Assembly: GCA_041611735.1 (NCBI GenBank)
Contig: JBFIML010000002.1
Span: forward strand, 1-64,000
Direction: 5' to 3'
Length of the DNA: 64,000 bases
DNA from: Myxococcota bacterium
GTDB taxonomy: Bacteria; Myxococcota_A; UBA9160; PR03
A program made the position numbers and the translations under genes. Positions 19,660 through 29,310 of this stretch are shown here, one piece after another (within the stretch, counting starts at the first letter, position 1; every line of letters starts with the position of its first letter). The notes beneath the pieces were generated by a model, which searched no databases, was not told where the DNA came from, and saw only the letters and a list, made by a program, of their open reading frames with translations.

Positions 19660-20145
19660 ATGTCCGCCTGGGGGAGGCTCCCGATCACCGCCGGCCTGGC
19701 CGCCGCCCTGGCCTGCGCCGCCGTCCCGGCGCCCGAGCGCCCGGCGCCGGCAGCGGCCAGCGTCCCGCTGGTGGAGGCGATCCGGGACGCCGAGATCGCC
19801 GTGCGCATGCACCCGGAGGATCCGGCCAGGCGCCTGGAGGCGGCGCGCCTTCGCGTGGAGGCCGGGTCCCTCCAGCGGGCGGCGGCCCACCTCCAGGTCG
19901 CCAGCCGTCTCGCCCCCCAAGACGCGGCGATCTGGCTCGCCCTGGCGGAGGTGGAGACCGGGAGGGGCAACCTCGACGGCGCCTACGTGGCGGCGCGCCG
20001 GGCGCAGGCCCTGGCGCCGGACGACCCCCGCGCGCTCACCGTCTTCGCGGCGGCCGCGGCGGCCGCAGGTCTCCACGACGAGGCGCGGGCGGCCCGCTGG
20101 CGCCTCCAGGAGCTCGCCCCGCCCGCGGCCCGGGCACCGCAGTGA
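19660..20145 (+). CDS. Tetratricopeptide-repeat protein, probable lipoprotein
   Basis: C-terminal part of ORF 17926..20145; ALAC lipobox-like; TPR-like repeats (LAPQDAAIWLALA, LAPDDPRAL); GGAGG RBS. Confidence 0.68.
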   Translation: MSAWGRLPITAGLAAALACAAVPAPERPAPAAASVPLVEAIRDAEIAVRMHPEDPARRLEAARLRVEAGSLQRAAAHLQVASRLAPQDAAIWLALAEVETGRGNLDGAYVAARRAQALAPDDPRALTVFAAAAAAAGLHDEARAARWRLQELAPPAARAPQ

Positions 20146-20153
20146 GCGCCGCA

Positions 20154-21350
20154 TCAGCCGCGCAGGCGCGCGGGATCGCGGCAGAGCTCCTTCACCAGGT
20201 TCTTGTGGTGGGCCTCGAGGGTTCCACCCCCGATCTCGAGCAGCTTGGCGTCGCGCCACAGGCGCTCCACCACGTACTCGCCCATGTAGCCGGCGCCACC
20301 CAGCACCTGGATGGCGGCGTCCGCGGCCCGTTTGCCCATCTGGGCCGCGAAGAGCTTGGTGGCGTCGGCGTCCGCCCGCTGCCCGGTGCCGTGCAGGTCG
20401 AGGCGGCGCGCCACGTCGTAGACGAAGGTGCGCGCCGCGCGATACTCGGCGAAGGTCTCGGCCACGTAGCGCTGGATCTGCCCGAAATCCCGCAGCGGTC
20501 TTCCGAAGGCCTTGCGCTGGTTGGCGTATTCGATCATCACGGCGAGGCTGCGCTGGGCGATCCCGAGCGACATGGCGGCCAGGGTGAGCCGCTCGATCTC
20601 CAGGTTGCGCATCATGTGGAGGGTTCCGTCCCCCTCCTCGCCGAGGCGGTTCGCCTCGGGCACCGGCACGTTCTCGAACACGAGTTCTGCCGTGAAGGAG
20701 GCTCGCATGCCGAGCTTGTCGGTCCATTTCTGCCCGAGCGTGAAGCCGGGCATGCCCTTCTCCACCAGGAAGGAGCTGATGCGGTCGGTACCGGTGCGCG
20801 CGTAGACCACGAAGGCGTCGCCCAGCGTCTGCTCGTCGATGCCGCCGTTGGTGATGAAGGTCTTCCGGCCGGTGATCCGGTAGCCGTCGGTCTCCCGCCG
20901 CGCCGCGGTGCGCATGGAGAGCACGTCGGTGCCCACCTCCGGCTCGGTCATGCACAGCCCGCCGACGATCTCGCCGGTCACGGCACGCGGCAGAAGGCGA
21001 CGCTTCTGGGCCTCGTCCGCGTTCACCGCCACGTTGTGGGCGAAGAGGATCGCGTGGGCCAGCACGGCCAGGGCGAAGCCCGGGTCCGAGGTGGAGAGCG
21101 CCTCGCACACCTGGACGGCCGCCGTCGCGTCCAGGCCGGCGCCGCCGTACTCCTCCGGGATCGTGACGCCGAGGAGCCCGAGCTCGCCGACCCGCCGAAA
21201 GAGCGCCAGGTTGAAGCGCTCGCTGCGGTCGTGCTCCGCGGCCTGGGGCTCCACCTCCCGGGCCACGAACTCGCGCAGCGTCTCCGCCAGCAGTGCGTGC
21301 TCGGGGGTCGGCGCGCACAGATCGATGCGGCGCCAGTCCTTCGCCTGCAT
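20154..21350 (-). CDS. Acyl-CoA dehydrogenase, isovaleryl-CoA dehydrogenase-like
   Basis: GLCMTEPEVGTD, KTFITNG, DKLGMRAS, LEIERL, WRDAKLLEIGGGT. Confidence 0.9.
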   Translation of the reverse strand: MQAKDWRRIDLCAPTPEHALLAETLREFVAREVEPQAAEHDRSERFNLALFRRVGELGLLGVTIPEEYGGAGLDATAAVQVCEALSTSDPGFALAVLAHAILFAHNVAVNADEAQKRRLLPRAVTGEIVGGLCMTEPEVGTDVLSMRTAARRETDGYRITGRKTFITNGGIDEQTLGDAFVVYARTGTDRISSFLVEKGMPGFTLGQKWTDKLGMRASFTAELVFENVPVPEANRLGEEGDGTLHMMRNLEIERLTLAAMSLGIAQRSLAVMIEYANQRKAFGRPLRDFGQIQRYVAETFAEYRAARTFVYDVARRLDLHGTGQRADADATKLFAAQMGKRAADAAIQVLGGAGYMGEYVVERLWRDAKLLEIGGGTLEAHHKNLVKELCRDPARLRG

Positions 21351-21397
21351 GGGTCGGCCTCCCGCACCCTTCGCATCGAAGGCTACCGGGTCGCCGG

Positions 21398-22618
21398 ATG
21401 AGCCGCCCGCGCGTGCTGGTCCTGACCAAGACGACGGCCCTGGGCGGAGCCGAGCGCCTGCTGGCCAACGCGCTGGCTCACCTGGATCGCGACGCCTTCG
21501 ACTACCGGCTCGCCGCTTGCGACGAAGAGGGTCCCCTCGCCGCCGCCTGGCGGGCCAGCGGGCTGGCCTTCCGGCGCCTGCCGGCTGCCGGCCCCCTGGA
21601 TCCCCGCAACCTGCTCGCCCTGCGCGGGCTCCTGCGCGGGGAGCGCATCGACCTGCTGCACGCCCACCTGCCGCTCCCCGGCGTGGCGGCCCGCGTCGCC
21701 GCCCGCGGCCTGCCCACCCGCGTGGTCTACAGCGAGCACAACACCCAGGACGCCTATCATCCGGCCTCCCGGCGCCTGAACGGAGCCACCTACGCCTGGC
21801 AGGACGCGGTGATTGCCGTCTCCGCCGGCGTCGGCGCCAGCGCCGCCGCGGCCTGGGGGGCCTGGGTGGCGTCACGCACGACGGTGATCCCGAACGGCCT
21901 CGACCTGGGCTCCCTGGACCGCGGGGCGGCCGGCCCGGTGGCGCCGCCGCTGCCCGCGCCGGCGCCCGGAACCCTGGCCGTGCTGGTTCCGGCCACCCTG
22001 GCCCGTCGCAAGGGACAGGACATCCTGCTCGAAGCCCTGGCCCTCTCGGAGCGCCGCGGGGGTCCCGGGCTCGTCCTCTGGCTGGCCGGAGACGGCCCGG
22101 ACCGCAAGGCCCTGGCCGTCCGGGCCCGACGCCTGGGCATCGCACCGCGCGTCCACTTCCTGGGACGACGCGCCGACGTCTTTCCGCTCATGGCCCGGGC
22201 CGACGCGGTCGCCCTGGCCTCGCGTTGCGAGGGGCACCCGCTGGCCCTGCTGGAGGCGCTGGCCCTGGGCCGTCCGGTGGTAGCGACCGCCGTAGGGGGC
22301 GTTGCCGAGATCGTGGACCCCGGCCACACGGGGCTGCTGGTCCCGCCCGAGAGCCCGCCGGCCCTGGCCGAGGCCTTGGCGCGCCTGGCCCGGGACCCGC
22401 ACCTGCGCGCGCGCCTCGGGCAGACGGCAGCACGGGACGTGCGGGTCCGCTTCGACGTGCGCGCCACGGTGGCCGCGACCGAGGCCGTCTACCGGGACAC
22501 CCTGGGCCGGGGCGTCTACGCGGGAGCGAGGCGTCGCGCCACGTACTCGCCGATCGCCCGGCGCGTGGCAGCGGGGGTGGCGTGGAAGACGAGCCCCAGG
22601 TCGGAGACGAGCTGGTAG
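21398..22618 (+). CDS. Glycosyltransferase family 4
   Basis: GGAERLL, VIPNGLD, RKGQDILLEA, EGHPLALLEA, TAVGGVAEIV. Confidence 0.88.
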   Translation: MSRPRVLVLTKTTALGGAERLLANALAHLDRDAFDYRLAACDEEGPLAAAWRASGLAFRRLPAAGPLDPRNLLALRGLLRGERIDLLHAHLPLPGVAARVAARGLPTRVVYSEHNTQDAYHPASRRLNGATYAWQDAVIAVSAGVGASAAAAWGAWVASRTTVIPNGLDLGSLDRGAAGPVAPPLPAPAPGTLAVLVPATLARRKGQDILLEALALSERRGGPGLVLWLAGDGPDRKALAVRARRLGIAPRVHFLGRRADVFPLMARADAVALASRCEGHPLALLEALALGRPVVATAVGGVAEIVDPGHTGLLVPPESPPALAEALARLARDPHLRARLGQTAARDVRVRFDVRATVAATEAVYRDTLGRGVYAGARRRATYSPIARRVAAGVAWKTSPRSETSW

Positions 22619-23181
22619 GCGACCTCGGCCTCGGTCTGGACGTGCGTCCCCCCCGGCAGGTCGAAGACGAGCACGACCTGGGCCCCGAGCTCCACCGGCT
22701 CCTCGCAGTGCATGAGACAGCCGTTCTCGGACAGCGAGAGGATCGCCACTGGCCAGAAGCGCTCCCCGGCCCGGCAGTGGGCGTTGAGCTCGGTGGCGAC
22801 GCGGGGCGTCGCACGCGGATGGTCCTCCAGGAGCTGCTGGATCACCCGGTAGAGCTCGTGCATGCCGGCGGGCTTGCGCACGGCGGCCACGATGCGTGGG
22901 TCGCGGCTCGGGCTGCGCCGGCCAGCGGTGAGCAGGACGATCGGCACCGGGGGCGCCGAGGGAGGCTCGTCCTTCGGGATCGACTCGAGCAGCGTCTCGT
23001 CCACGAAGCGCAGGTCGGGCCGCTGCTCGTCGAGCCCGCCGGGCAGCAGGAACAAGTCCTCGGCCGGCACGATCGTGTACTGCATGCGGGCCAGGATGGC
23101 GCGCGCCATGGGCGCGAAGGCTCGCTCCGGGGCATGAGCCACCAGCAGGCGGCGGCGGAGCGGCGGCGCGGGCGGCGGCAT
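22516..23181 (-). CDS. PilZ-domain protein with degenerate receiver-like N-terminus
   Basis: PIVLLTA..VRKP receiver remnants; RATPR (RxxxR) and LSENG PilZ motifs. Confidence 0.72.
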   Translation of the reverse strand: MPPPAPPLRRRLLVAHAPERAFAPMARAILARMQYTIVPAEDLFLLPGGLDEQRPDLRFVDETLLESIPKDEPPSAPPVPIVLLTAGRRSPSRDPRIVAAVRKPAGMHELYRVIQQLLEDHPRATPRVATELNAHCRAGERFWPVAILSLSENGCLMHCEEPVELGAQVVLVFDLPGGTHVQTEAEVAYQLVSDLGLVFHATPAATRRAIGEYVARRLAPA

Positions 23182-23255
23182 GCAGGGTGTATCGGCGTCC
23201 GGTCCGGGCCGATTGAGGAGCCGCGAACGGGCCTCGGAGCGTTACACTGAGGCCG

Positions 23256-23987
23256 ATGCGGGGGGGCTTCGAGTGGGCGGCGTGGCTCGTCGCGCGGCGC
23301 GCCGAGATCGAGCGCGGCCTGCGCGCGCGCCTGGGCACGCCGCTCGATGCCGGATCGGTGGAGAGCGAGGCCCTGCGCCGCTTCCGCTCCTTCGCCGGGT
23401 CGGCGCTGGGTCGCGGCGGGGCCGCGGCCCCCGCCCTGGACGGCCTGCGCCTGGAGGGAGCCCGCTTCGGGAGGCTGCTGGATGCCTGGCTGGCGGCCGC
23501 CGAGGCAGCGGCCGGGGCCGGGGGGGTGGAGCTGCGCGCGCAGCTGGCTCCCCTGGCGGAGCGCTTCCGCGAAGCGCTCCGTGACCAGCGCGCCGCCCGG
23601 CGCGCGCGCGCCGCCCCGCGAGTCTCGCGGCGCGTCGTGCTGGCGGCGATCGATCGCATCGGCGATGCCTACCTGGCGGTGGACGTGGACAGCGGACGCA
23701 TCGTGGACGCCAACCCGGCGGCGAGCGCGCTGCTGGGAGTGCAGCGCGAAGTCCTGCTCGGCTGCGACGTGCCGCGCTTCCTGGACGATTCCGCCCGCGA
23801 GCCCTGGGAGAGCCACCTGGAGGCGCTGGCAGAGAGCCCGGAGCCCCGGCGCTTCCGGGCCCTGCTGCGCGACGTCCACGGGCTGCCGGTGCCGGTGGAC
23901 GTGAACGCCACCCGCTACGCCCGGCGCGAGTCCACGCTGGCCCTTGTGGTGGCGCGCCCGAGCGCCGGCGGCGCCTGGCCGGCGTAG
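23256..23987 (+). CDS. PAS-domain protein
   Basis: DAYLAVDVDSGRIVDANPAASALLGVQREVLLG; no output domain. Confidence 0.75.
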   Translation: MRGGFEWAAWLVARRAEIERGLRARLGTPLDAGSVESEALRRFRSFAGSALGRGGAAAPALDGLRLEGARFGRLLDAWLAAAEAAAGAGGVELRAQLAPLAERFREALRDQRAARRARAAPRVSRRVVLAAIDRIGDAYLAVDVDSGRIVDANPAASALLGVQREVLLGCDVPRFLDDSAREPWESHLEALAESPEPRRFRALLRDVHGLPVPVDVNATRYARRESTLALVVARPSAGGAWPA

Positions 23988-24707
23988 TCAGGGAGCCAGG
24001 TGCTCCCGGAAGAAGGCGAGCATGCGGTCCCAGGCCGCGCGCGCGGTCGCCGGCCGGTACATGTCCGGGCGGGTGTCGTTCATGAAGGCGTGGCCGGCCC
24101 CCGGATAGACCCGGATCTCGTGGGGCTGTGCGCTCCTGGCGAGACGGCGCTCGAGCTCGCGCACGTCCGCCAGGGGCACGAAGGCATCGTCCGCCCCGAA
24201 CAGGCCGAGTAGCGGACAGCGCAGCTTGCCGATGGCGTCGAGGGGCGAGGTGGGCTTGCGGGCGGGATCGAGAAGCTCTCCCGGTGGGGGCGCCAGCAGG
24301 CCGTGCTGGTCGGAGAGCATGCCGTAGAAGACGACCGCGGCCGCCAGGCCGCGCACGGCGCAGGCCGCCAGCAAAGCGTACTGGCCGCCCATGCAGAACC
24401 CCGTGACCCCCACCCGCCCGGTGCACGCCGCGTGGGCGGCCAGGGCATCCAGGCCACCCTGGACCTCCTCGAGCATCTGGGGGTCCGAGAGCCCGCGAAT
24501 GAAGCGCCCGGGATCCTCGATGCGCACCGGGTCCAGCCTCCGGTAGAGGTCCACGGCGAGCACGCAGAATCCGACTTCGGCCAGCCGCTGCGCCAGATCG
24601 CGCGTGTGATCGGACAGCCCCCACACGTCGTGGATCATCACCACGCCCGGGTGCCGGCCCGTGTCGGGATGGACCAGATGGCCTCGCTCGAGATCGGCGC
24701 TCTGCAC
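23988..24707 (-). CDS. Dienelactone hydrolase family protein
   Basis: HDVWGL, GFCMGG nucleophile, YPGAGHAF. Confidence 0.9.
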   Translation of the reverse strand: MQSADLERGHLVHPDTGRHPGVVMIHDVWGLSDHTRDLAQRLAEVGFCVLAVDLYRRLDPVRIEDPGRFIRGLSDPQMLEEVQGGLDALAAHAACTGRVGVTGFCMGGQYALLAACAVRGLAAAVVFYGMLSDQHGLLAPPPGELLDPARKPTSPLDAIGKLRCPLLGLFGADDAFVPLADVRELERRLARSAQPHEIRVYPGAGHAFMNDTRPDMYRPATARAAWDRMLAFFREHLAP

Positions 24708-24712
24708 GCGAA

Positions 24713-24724
24713 CGAGTATACTCG
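24713..24724. promoter_or_regulatory. Palindromic bidirectional -10 element between divergent genes
   Basis: CGAGTATACTCG gives TATACT on both strands, 7 nt and 8 nt upstream of GTG starts at 24707 and 24731. Confidence 0.55.
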
Positions 24725-24730
24725 CGCGCC

Positions 24731-25531
24731 GTGGCGTACGAACGCGAACTCGAGATCGCCCTCGCGGCCGCCCGCGAGGCCGGCGCCATCCTGCAGCGTC
24801 ACTACGACGAGGGCACCGAGCAGTGGGAGAAGGGGCGCGACGACCCGGTCACCCGGGCGGACTTGGAATCCGATCGCGCCATCGCGGCGCGCCTGCGCGA
24901 CGCCTTCCCGGACGACGGCCTGCTCTCGGAGGAGAGCGTCCAGGATCCCGCGCGCGGCCGGAAGCGGCGCGTCTGGATCGTGGACCCCATGGACGGCACC
25001 AAGGAATTCACGCAGCGGATCCGGGAGTTCGCGGTTTCGATCGCCCTCGTCGACCAGGGGGAGCCCGTGGCGGGCGTGATCCTGAACCCGGCGGCACGCA
25101 TCGCGGTCTGGGCCCGGCGCGGCGGCGGGACCTGGCGCGACGGGGAACGGGTGGGCGTCAGCGCCTGCCGGCGGCTCGCAGACGCGCGCGTCATCGCGAG
25201 CCGCAGCGAGATCTCCCAGGGGCGCTTCTCGCCCTACGAAGGCTGGTTCAAGGAGCTGCGGCCGGTGGGCTCTATCGCGTGGAAGCTGGCCTGCATCGCC
25301 GCCGGGGAGGCGGACCTGAACGTGTCCGTGGCCCCCAAGAACGAATGGGACGTCTGCGCCGGCGACCTGCTGGTGCGGGAGGCGGGCGGCGTGTACGTGG
25401 ACTTCGACGGAGCGCCGCGCCGCTACAACCAGTCATGCACCTTGATCGACGCAGGCATGGCGGCGGGCCCGCCCGGCCTGGTGGAGGCCTTCCTGGCCCG
25501 GGAGCGCGGGCGCGCCGGGACGGCGGCCTGA
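24731..25531 (+). CDS. cysQ: 3'(2'),5'-bisphosphate nucleotidase / inositol monophosphatase family
   Basis: PVTRAD, LSEE, WIVDPMDGTKEF, EWDVCAG. Confidence 0.82.
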   Translation: MAYERELEIALAAAREAGAILQRHYDEGTEQWEKGRDDPVTRADLESDRAIAARLRDAFPDDGLLSEESVQDPARGRKRRVWIVDPMDGTKEFTQRIREFAVSIALVDQGEPVAGVILNPAARIAVWARRGGGTWRDGERVGVSACRRLADARVIASRSEISQGRFSPYEGWFKELRPVGSIAWKLACIAAGEADLNVSVAPKNEWDVCAGDLLVREAGGVYVDFDGAPRRYNQSCTLIDAGMAAGPPGLVEAFLARERGRAGTAA

Positions 25532-25548
25532 AGGCGGGAGGAACGACG

Positions 25549-26355
25549 ATGGCAGAACGTGTGACGGTGACGACCCGGGATGGGATCGCCCAGGTCCGGC
25601 TCAACCGCCCCGAAAAGCTCAACGCCCTGGACCTGGCCATGTTCGAGGCGCTGATCGGCGCCGGGCGGCGGCTCGCCGAGGATCGCGGGCTGCGGGCGGT
25701 GGTTCTGGCCGGCGAAGGGCGTGCCTTCTGTGCGGGCCTGGATTTCCAGGCCTTTCAGGGCATGGCCGGCAACGACGGGCGCACCGGACCGCGCCTGGTG
25801 CAACGCGACAGCGGCGGCCCCGCCAACTTCGCCCAGGCAGCGGCCTGGGTGTGGCGGGATCTCCCGGTGCCGGTGGTGGCCGCCGTGCACGGGGTGGCCT
25901 ACGGCGGAGGGCTGCAGATCGCCCTGGGAGCCGACCTGCGCATCGTCGCCCCCGACGCACGCCTCTCGGTGCGCGAGGTGCACTGGGGACTCATCCCCGA
26001 CATGAGCGGAACCCAGACGCTGCGTCACCTGACCCGCCTGGACGTGGCCAAGCTCCTGGCCTTCACGGGACGCATCGTGTCCGGCGAGGAGGCCGTGCGT
26101 CTGGGCCTGGCCACGGAGGCGAGCCCGCAGCCCCTGGAGGCGGCCCTGGAGCTGGCGCGCGAGATCGCCGGGCGTTCCCCGGATGCTGTGCGCGCCGCCA
26201 AGCGCCTGTTCGACGCCGCCTGCTTCGACTCGCTGGCCGAAGGGCTCGCTCGCGAGGAAGAGACCCAACGCGGGCTGATGGGCCGCCCGAACCAGGTGGA
26301 GGCGGTGCGCGCCAACCTGGAGAAGCGCGAGCCGCGCTTCGCGGACCCGGAGTGA
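25549..26355 (+). CDS. Crotonase/enoyl-CoA hydratase family protein
   Basis: LNRPEKLNAL, AFCAGLD, YGGGLQIALGAD, WGLIPDM; GGAGG RBS. Confidence 0.9.
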   Translation: MAERVTVTTRDGIAQVRLNRPEKLNALDLAMFEALIGAGRRLAEDRGLRAVVLAGEGRAFCAGLDFQAFQGMAGNDGRTGPRLVQRDSGGPANFAQAAAWVWRDLPVPVVAAVHGVAYGGGLQIALGADLRIVAPDARLSVREVHWGLIPDMSGTQTLRHLTRLDVAKLLAFTGRIVSGEEAVRLGLATEASPQPLEAALELAREIAGRSPDAVRAAKRLFDAACFDSLAEGLAREEETQRGLMGRPNQVEAVRANLEKREPRFADPE

Positions 26356-26359
26356 GGCG

Positions 26360-27745
26360 CTAGAGCGTCTTCAGGGCCTCGATGATCTTGAGGACCGTCT
26401 CCTTGGCGTCGCCGAACACCATCATGGTGTTGTCCAGATAGAAGAGCGGGTTGTCGATCCCGGCGAAGCCGGGGTTCAGGCTGCGCTTGATCACCATTAC
26501 CTGCCGGGCCCGGTCCACGTCGAGGATGGGCATGCCGTAGATGGGGCTGCCCGGATCGCTGCGGGCGGCGGGGTTCACCACGTCGTTGGCCCCGAGCACC
26601 AGCACCACGTCCGTCTCGGGGAACTGCGGGTTGATCTGCTCCATCTCCACGAGCTTGTCGTAGGAGACGTCCGCTTCGGCGAGGAGCACGTTCATGTGGC
26701 CCGGCATGCGTCCGGCCACCGGGTGGATCGCGTACTGGACCTTGCAGCCCCGCTTCTCGAGCAGGTCGCCGAGCTGTCGGGTGGCGTGCTGGGCCTGGGC
26801 CACGGCGAGCCCATAGCCCGGCACCACGATCGCCGAGCGCGCCGAGGAGAGGATCACCCCCGCGTCCTCGGCGGTGTAGGCCTTGACGGCGCGCCCTTCG
26901 ACCGCCGCCCCCACCCCTGCCGTCACCTTGCCGAAGGCGCCGAAGAGCACGTTGGTGAGCGGGCGGTTCATGGCGTCGCACATGAGCTTGGTGAGGATGA
27001 TGCCCGCCGCGCCCACCAGGGAGCCGCTGATCACGAGGCCGCTGTTTCCGAGCACGAACCCCGTGGCGCAGGCCGCGAGCCCGGAGTACGAGTTCAGCAG
27101 CGAGATCACCACCGGCATGTCGGCGCCACCGATCGGGATCACGAGCAGGACGCCGAGCGCCAGCGAGAGCGCCACGAGACCCGCGTAGGCATCCAGGGCG
27201 GTCGGATCCACCGCCACCGCCACCCCGAGCCCGAGGGACGCCAGCCCGAACACCGCATTGCTGGTGCGCTGGAGCGGGTAGGTGATCGGCGCCCCGCGCA
27301 TCATTTCCTGGAGCTTGGCAAAGGCCACCAGGCTGCCCGTGAAGGTCAGGCCGCCGATCAGGGCGCCGAGCACGATGGCCACCGAGACCAGCTCGGTGGG
27401 CGACTCGCCTTCCCGCACGTAGCGCAGCAGCTCCGCCGAGGCGACCAGCGCCGAGGCGCCTCCGCCGAAGCCGTTGAGCAGCGCCACCATCTGCGGCATG
27501 GCGGTCATCTGGATGCGCAGGGCGAGCACGGTGCCGATCGCCGCCCCCACCACGATGCCGGCCAGCACGACGGTGTAGCTCACCACGTCGCGAGCGAGCA
27601 GGGTGGCCACCACGGCAATGGCCATGCCGACCGCCGCCATCCCGTTGCCGAGCGGGGCGGTGCGCGGCGACGCCAGGTTGCGGATTCCCAGGATGAAGAG
27701 GACCGCGGCGAACAGGTACGCGATCGGCAGCCAGGAGTCGCTCAC
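26360..27745 (-). CDS. pntB: NAD(P) transhydrogenase subunit beta
   Basis: IGGADMPVVISLLNSYSG, PGYGLAVAQAQH, HPVAGRMPGHMNV, GANDVVNP. Confidence 0.96.
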   Translation of the reverse strand: MSDSWLPIAYLFAAVLFILGIRNLASPRTAPLGNGMAAVGMAIAVVATLLARDVVSYTVVLAGIVVGAAIGTVLALRIQMTAMPQMVALLNGFGGGASALVASAELLRYVREGESPTELVSVAIVLGALIGGLTFTGSLVAFAKLQEMMRGAPITYPLQRTSNAVFGLASLGLGVAVAVDPTALDAYAGLVALSLALGVLLVIPIGGADMPVVISLLNSYSGLAACATGFVLGNSGLVISGSLVGAAGIILTKLMCDAMNRPLTNVLFGAFGKVTAGVGAAVEGRAVKAYTAEDAGVILSSARSAIVVPGYGLAVAQAQHATRQLGDLLEKRGCKVQYAIHPVAGRMPGHMNVLLAEADVSYDKLVEMEQINPQFPETDVVLVLGANDVVNPAARSDPGSPIYGMPILDVDRARQVMVIKRSLNPGFAGIDNPLFYLDNTMMVFGDAKETVLKIIEALKTL

Positions 27746-28032
27746 GGGTCGCGCCTGCGCCTGAACATGCCGAGCATGCGATCCGTCACCAGGAAGCCGC
27801 CCACCACGTTGATGGTGGCGAAGACGATGGCCACGAAGCCGAGCCAGCTGCTCCAGGTCCGGTCGGCGTGGCCCGCCGCCAGGATGGCTCCCACGATGGT
27901 GATGCCGGAGATGGCGTTGGCCCCGGACATGAGCGGCGTGTGCAGGAGCGGCGGCACCTTCGCGATCACCTCGAAGCCCACGAACAGCGCCAGCACGAAG
28001 ATGGTGAGGGCGACGGTGGGATCCTCGAGCAT
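27742..28032 (-). CDS. pntA: NAD(P) transhydrogenase subunit alpha part 2
   Basis: LHTPLMSGANAISG, INVVGGFLVTDRML. Confidence 0.94.
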   Translation of the reverse strand: MLEDPTVALTIFVLALFVGFEVIAKVPPLLHTPLMSGANAISGITIVGAILAAGHADRTWSSWLGFVAIVFATINVVGGFLVTDRMLGMFRRRRDP

Positions 28033-29198
28033 CAGGCCGCTCCCCGGGCGTCGCCGTCCAGGCGGGCGCGTACCGCCTCGGCCACCACCTTGCCCTCGTG
28101 GCAGAGGAGCGTCCCGCGGGTGATCTCGTCCTCGAGATCCAGGTTCAGGAGCCCTTCCTTGAGCAGGTGCAGCAGGAGATTGGTCACGTTGCGCGCGTAG
28201 GTCTGGCTGGCGTGGAACGGAGCCTGGCTGGGCAGGTTGGTGGGGCCCAGGACCAGGACGCCGTCCTGGTGAACCGGCTGGTCGGCCACGGTCAGCGCAC
28301 AGTTGCCGCCCTGCTCCGCCGCCAGATCGACGATCACCGACCCCCGCCGCATGCCTCGCACCGCCTCCTCGTCGAACAGCAGCGGGGCCCGCCGCCCGGG
28401 CACCAGGGCGGTCGTGATCACCACGTCCGATGCGGCCGCCCGCTCGCGCATGAGCTCCCGCTGGCGCGCGTAGAACTCCTCGCTCTGGGCCCGGGCGTAG
28501 CCGCCGCGGTCCTCCGCATCGGCCGTCTCGAGGCTGAGCTCCACGAAGCGCGCCCCGAGGCTCTCCACCTGCTCGCGGACCACCGGGCGCAGGTCGTAGG
28601 CCTCGACCACCGCGCCGAGCCGTCGGGCGGTGGCGATGGCCTGGAGGCCCGCGACCCCCGCGCCCACCACGAAGACGCGGGACGGCGAGATGGTGCCGGC
28701 CGCCGTCACGAGCATGGGGAACAGACGCGGCAGCGCGACGGCCGCCAGCAGCACCGCCCGGTAGCCGGCGATGGTGCTCTGGGAGGAGAGCGCGTCCATG
28801 GACTGGGCGCGCGTGATGCGGGGCAGAAGCTCGAGGGCCAGCACCGAGAGGCCCGCCCCCGCCAGACGCGTCGCGAGCTCGGGACGGTCCAGGGGCCGGA
28901 ACAGGCCGATCACCGCGGTCCCCCGACGCATGCCCGACGCGGCCGGATCCTGCGCCTCGAGCTCCCGGGGTGGCTGTACCGTGAGCAGGACGTCCGCCCC
29001 CGCGAACAGGGCAGCGCGGTCCGGCTCGATGCGGGCGCCCTCGCGCGCATAGGCGTCGTCGTCGAAACCCGCCGCGACGCCGGCTCCGGCCTCGACCGCG
29101 AACCCGACCTGGGTGCGCGTGAGGGCGCGCAGCGACTCGGGTACGAGCGCCACACGCCGCTCGCCGGATGCGCTCTCCTTCGGAACCCCCAGGATCAT
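28032..29198 (-). CDS. pntA: NAD(P) transhydrogenase subunit alpha part 1
   Basis: GVPKES..GERRVALVP, RITRAQSMDALSSQ, GAGVAGLQA, DLAAEQGGNC; start re-called. Confidence 0.94.
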   Translation of the reverse strand: MILGVPKESASGERRVALVPESLRALTRTQVGFAVEAGAGVAAGFDDDAYAREGARIEPDRAALFAGADVLLTVQPPRELEAQDPAASGMRRGTAVIGLFRPLDRPELATRLAGAGLSVLALELLPRITRAQSMDALSSQSTIAGYRAVLLAAVALPRLFPMLVTAAGTISPSRVFVVGAGVAGLQAIATARRLGAVVEAYDLRPVVREQVESLGARFVELSLETADAEDRGGYARAQSEEFYARQRELMRERAAASDVVITTALVPGRRAPLLFDEEAVRGMRRGSVIVDLAAEQGGNCALTVADQPVHQDGVLVLGPTNLPSQAPFHASQTYARNVTNLLLHLLKEGLLNLDLEDEITRGTLLCHEGKVVAEAVRARLDGDARGAA

Positions 29199-29310
29199 CA
29201 CCCCTCCCGGATCGTCACCCGGACCCTCACGTGGGCACCTCTGCCACGCTGAGCATAGGGCATGCACGGGAGCGCTTGCTAGACTGCGCTCGGCTTCGAG
29301 GAGGCCGACC

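Noticed and set aside
20154-21350. Acyl-CoA dehydrogenases (here and at 6133-7329) as methylsuccinyl-CoA dehydrogenase
   Set aside because: Both are about 400 aa with IVD-like and ACAD10/11-like motifs; nothing specific supports Mcd
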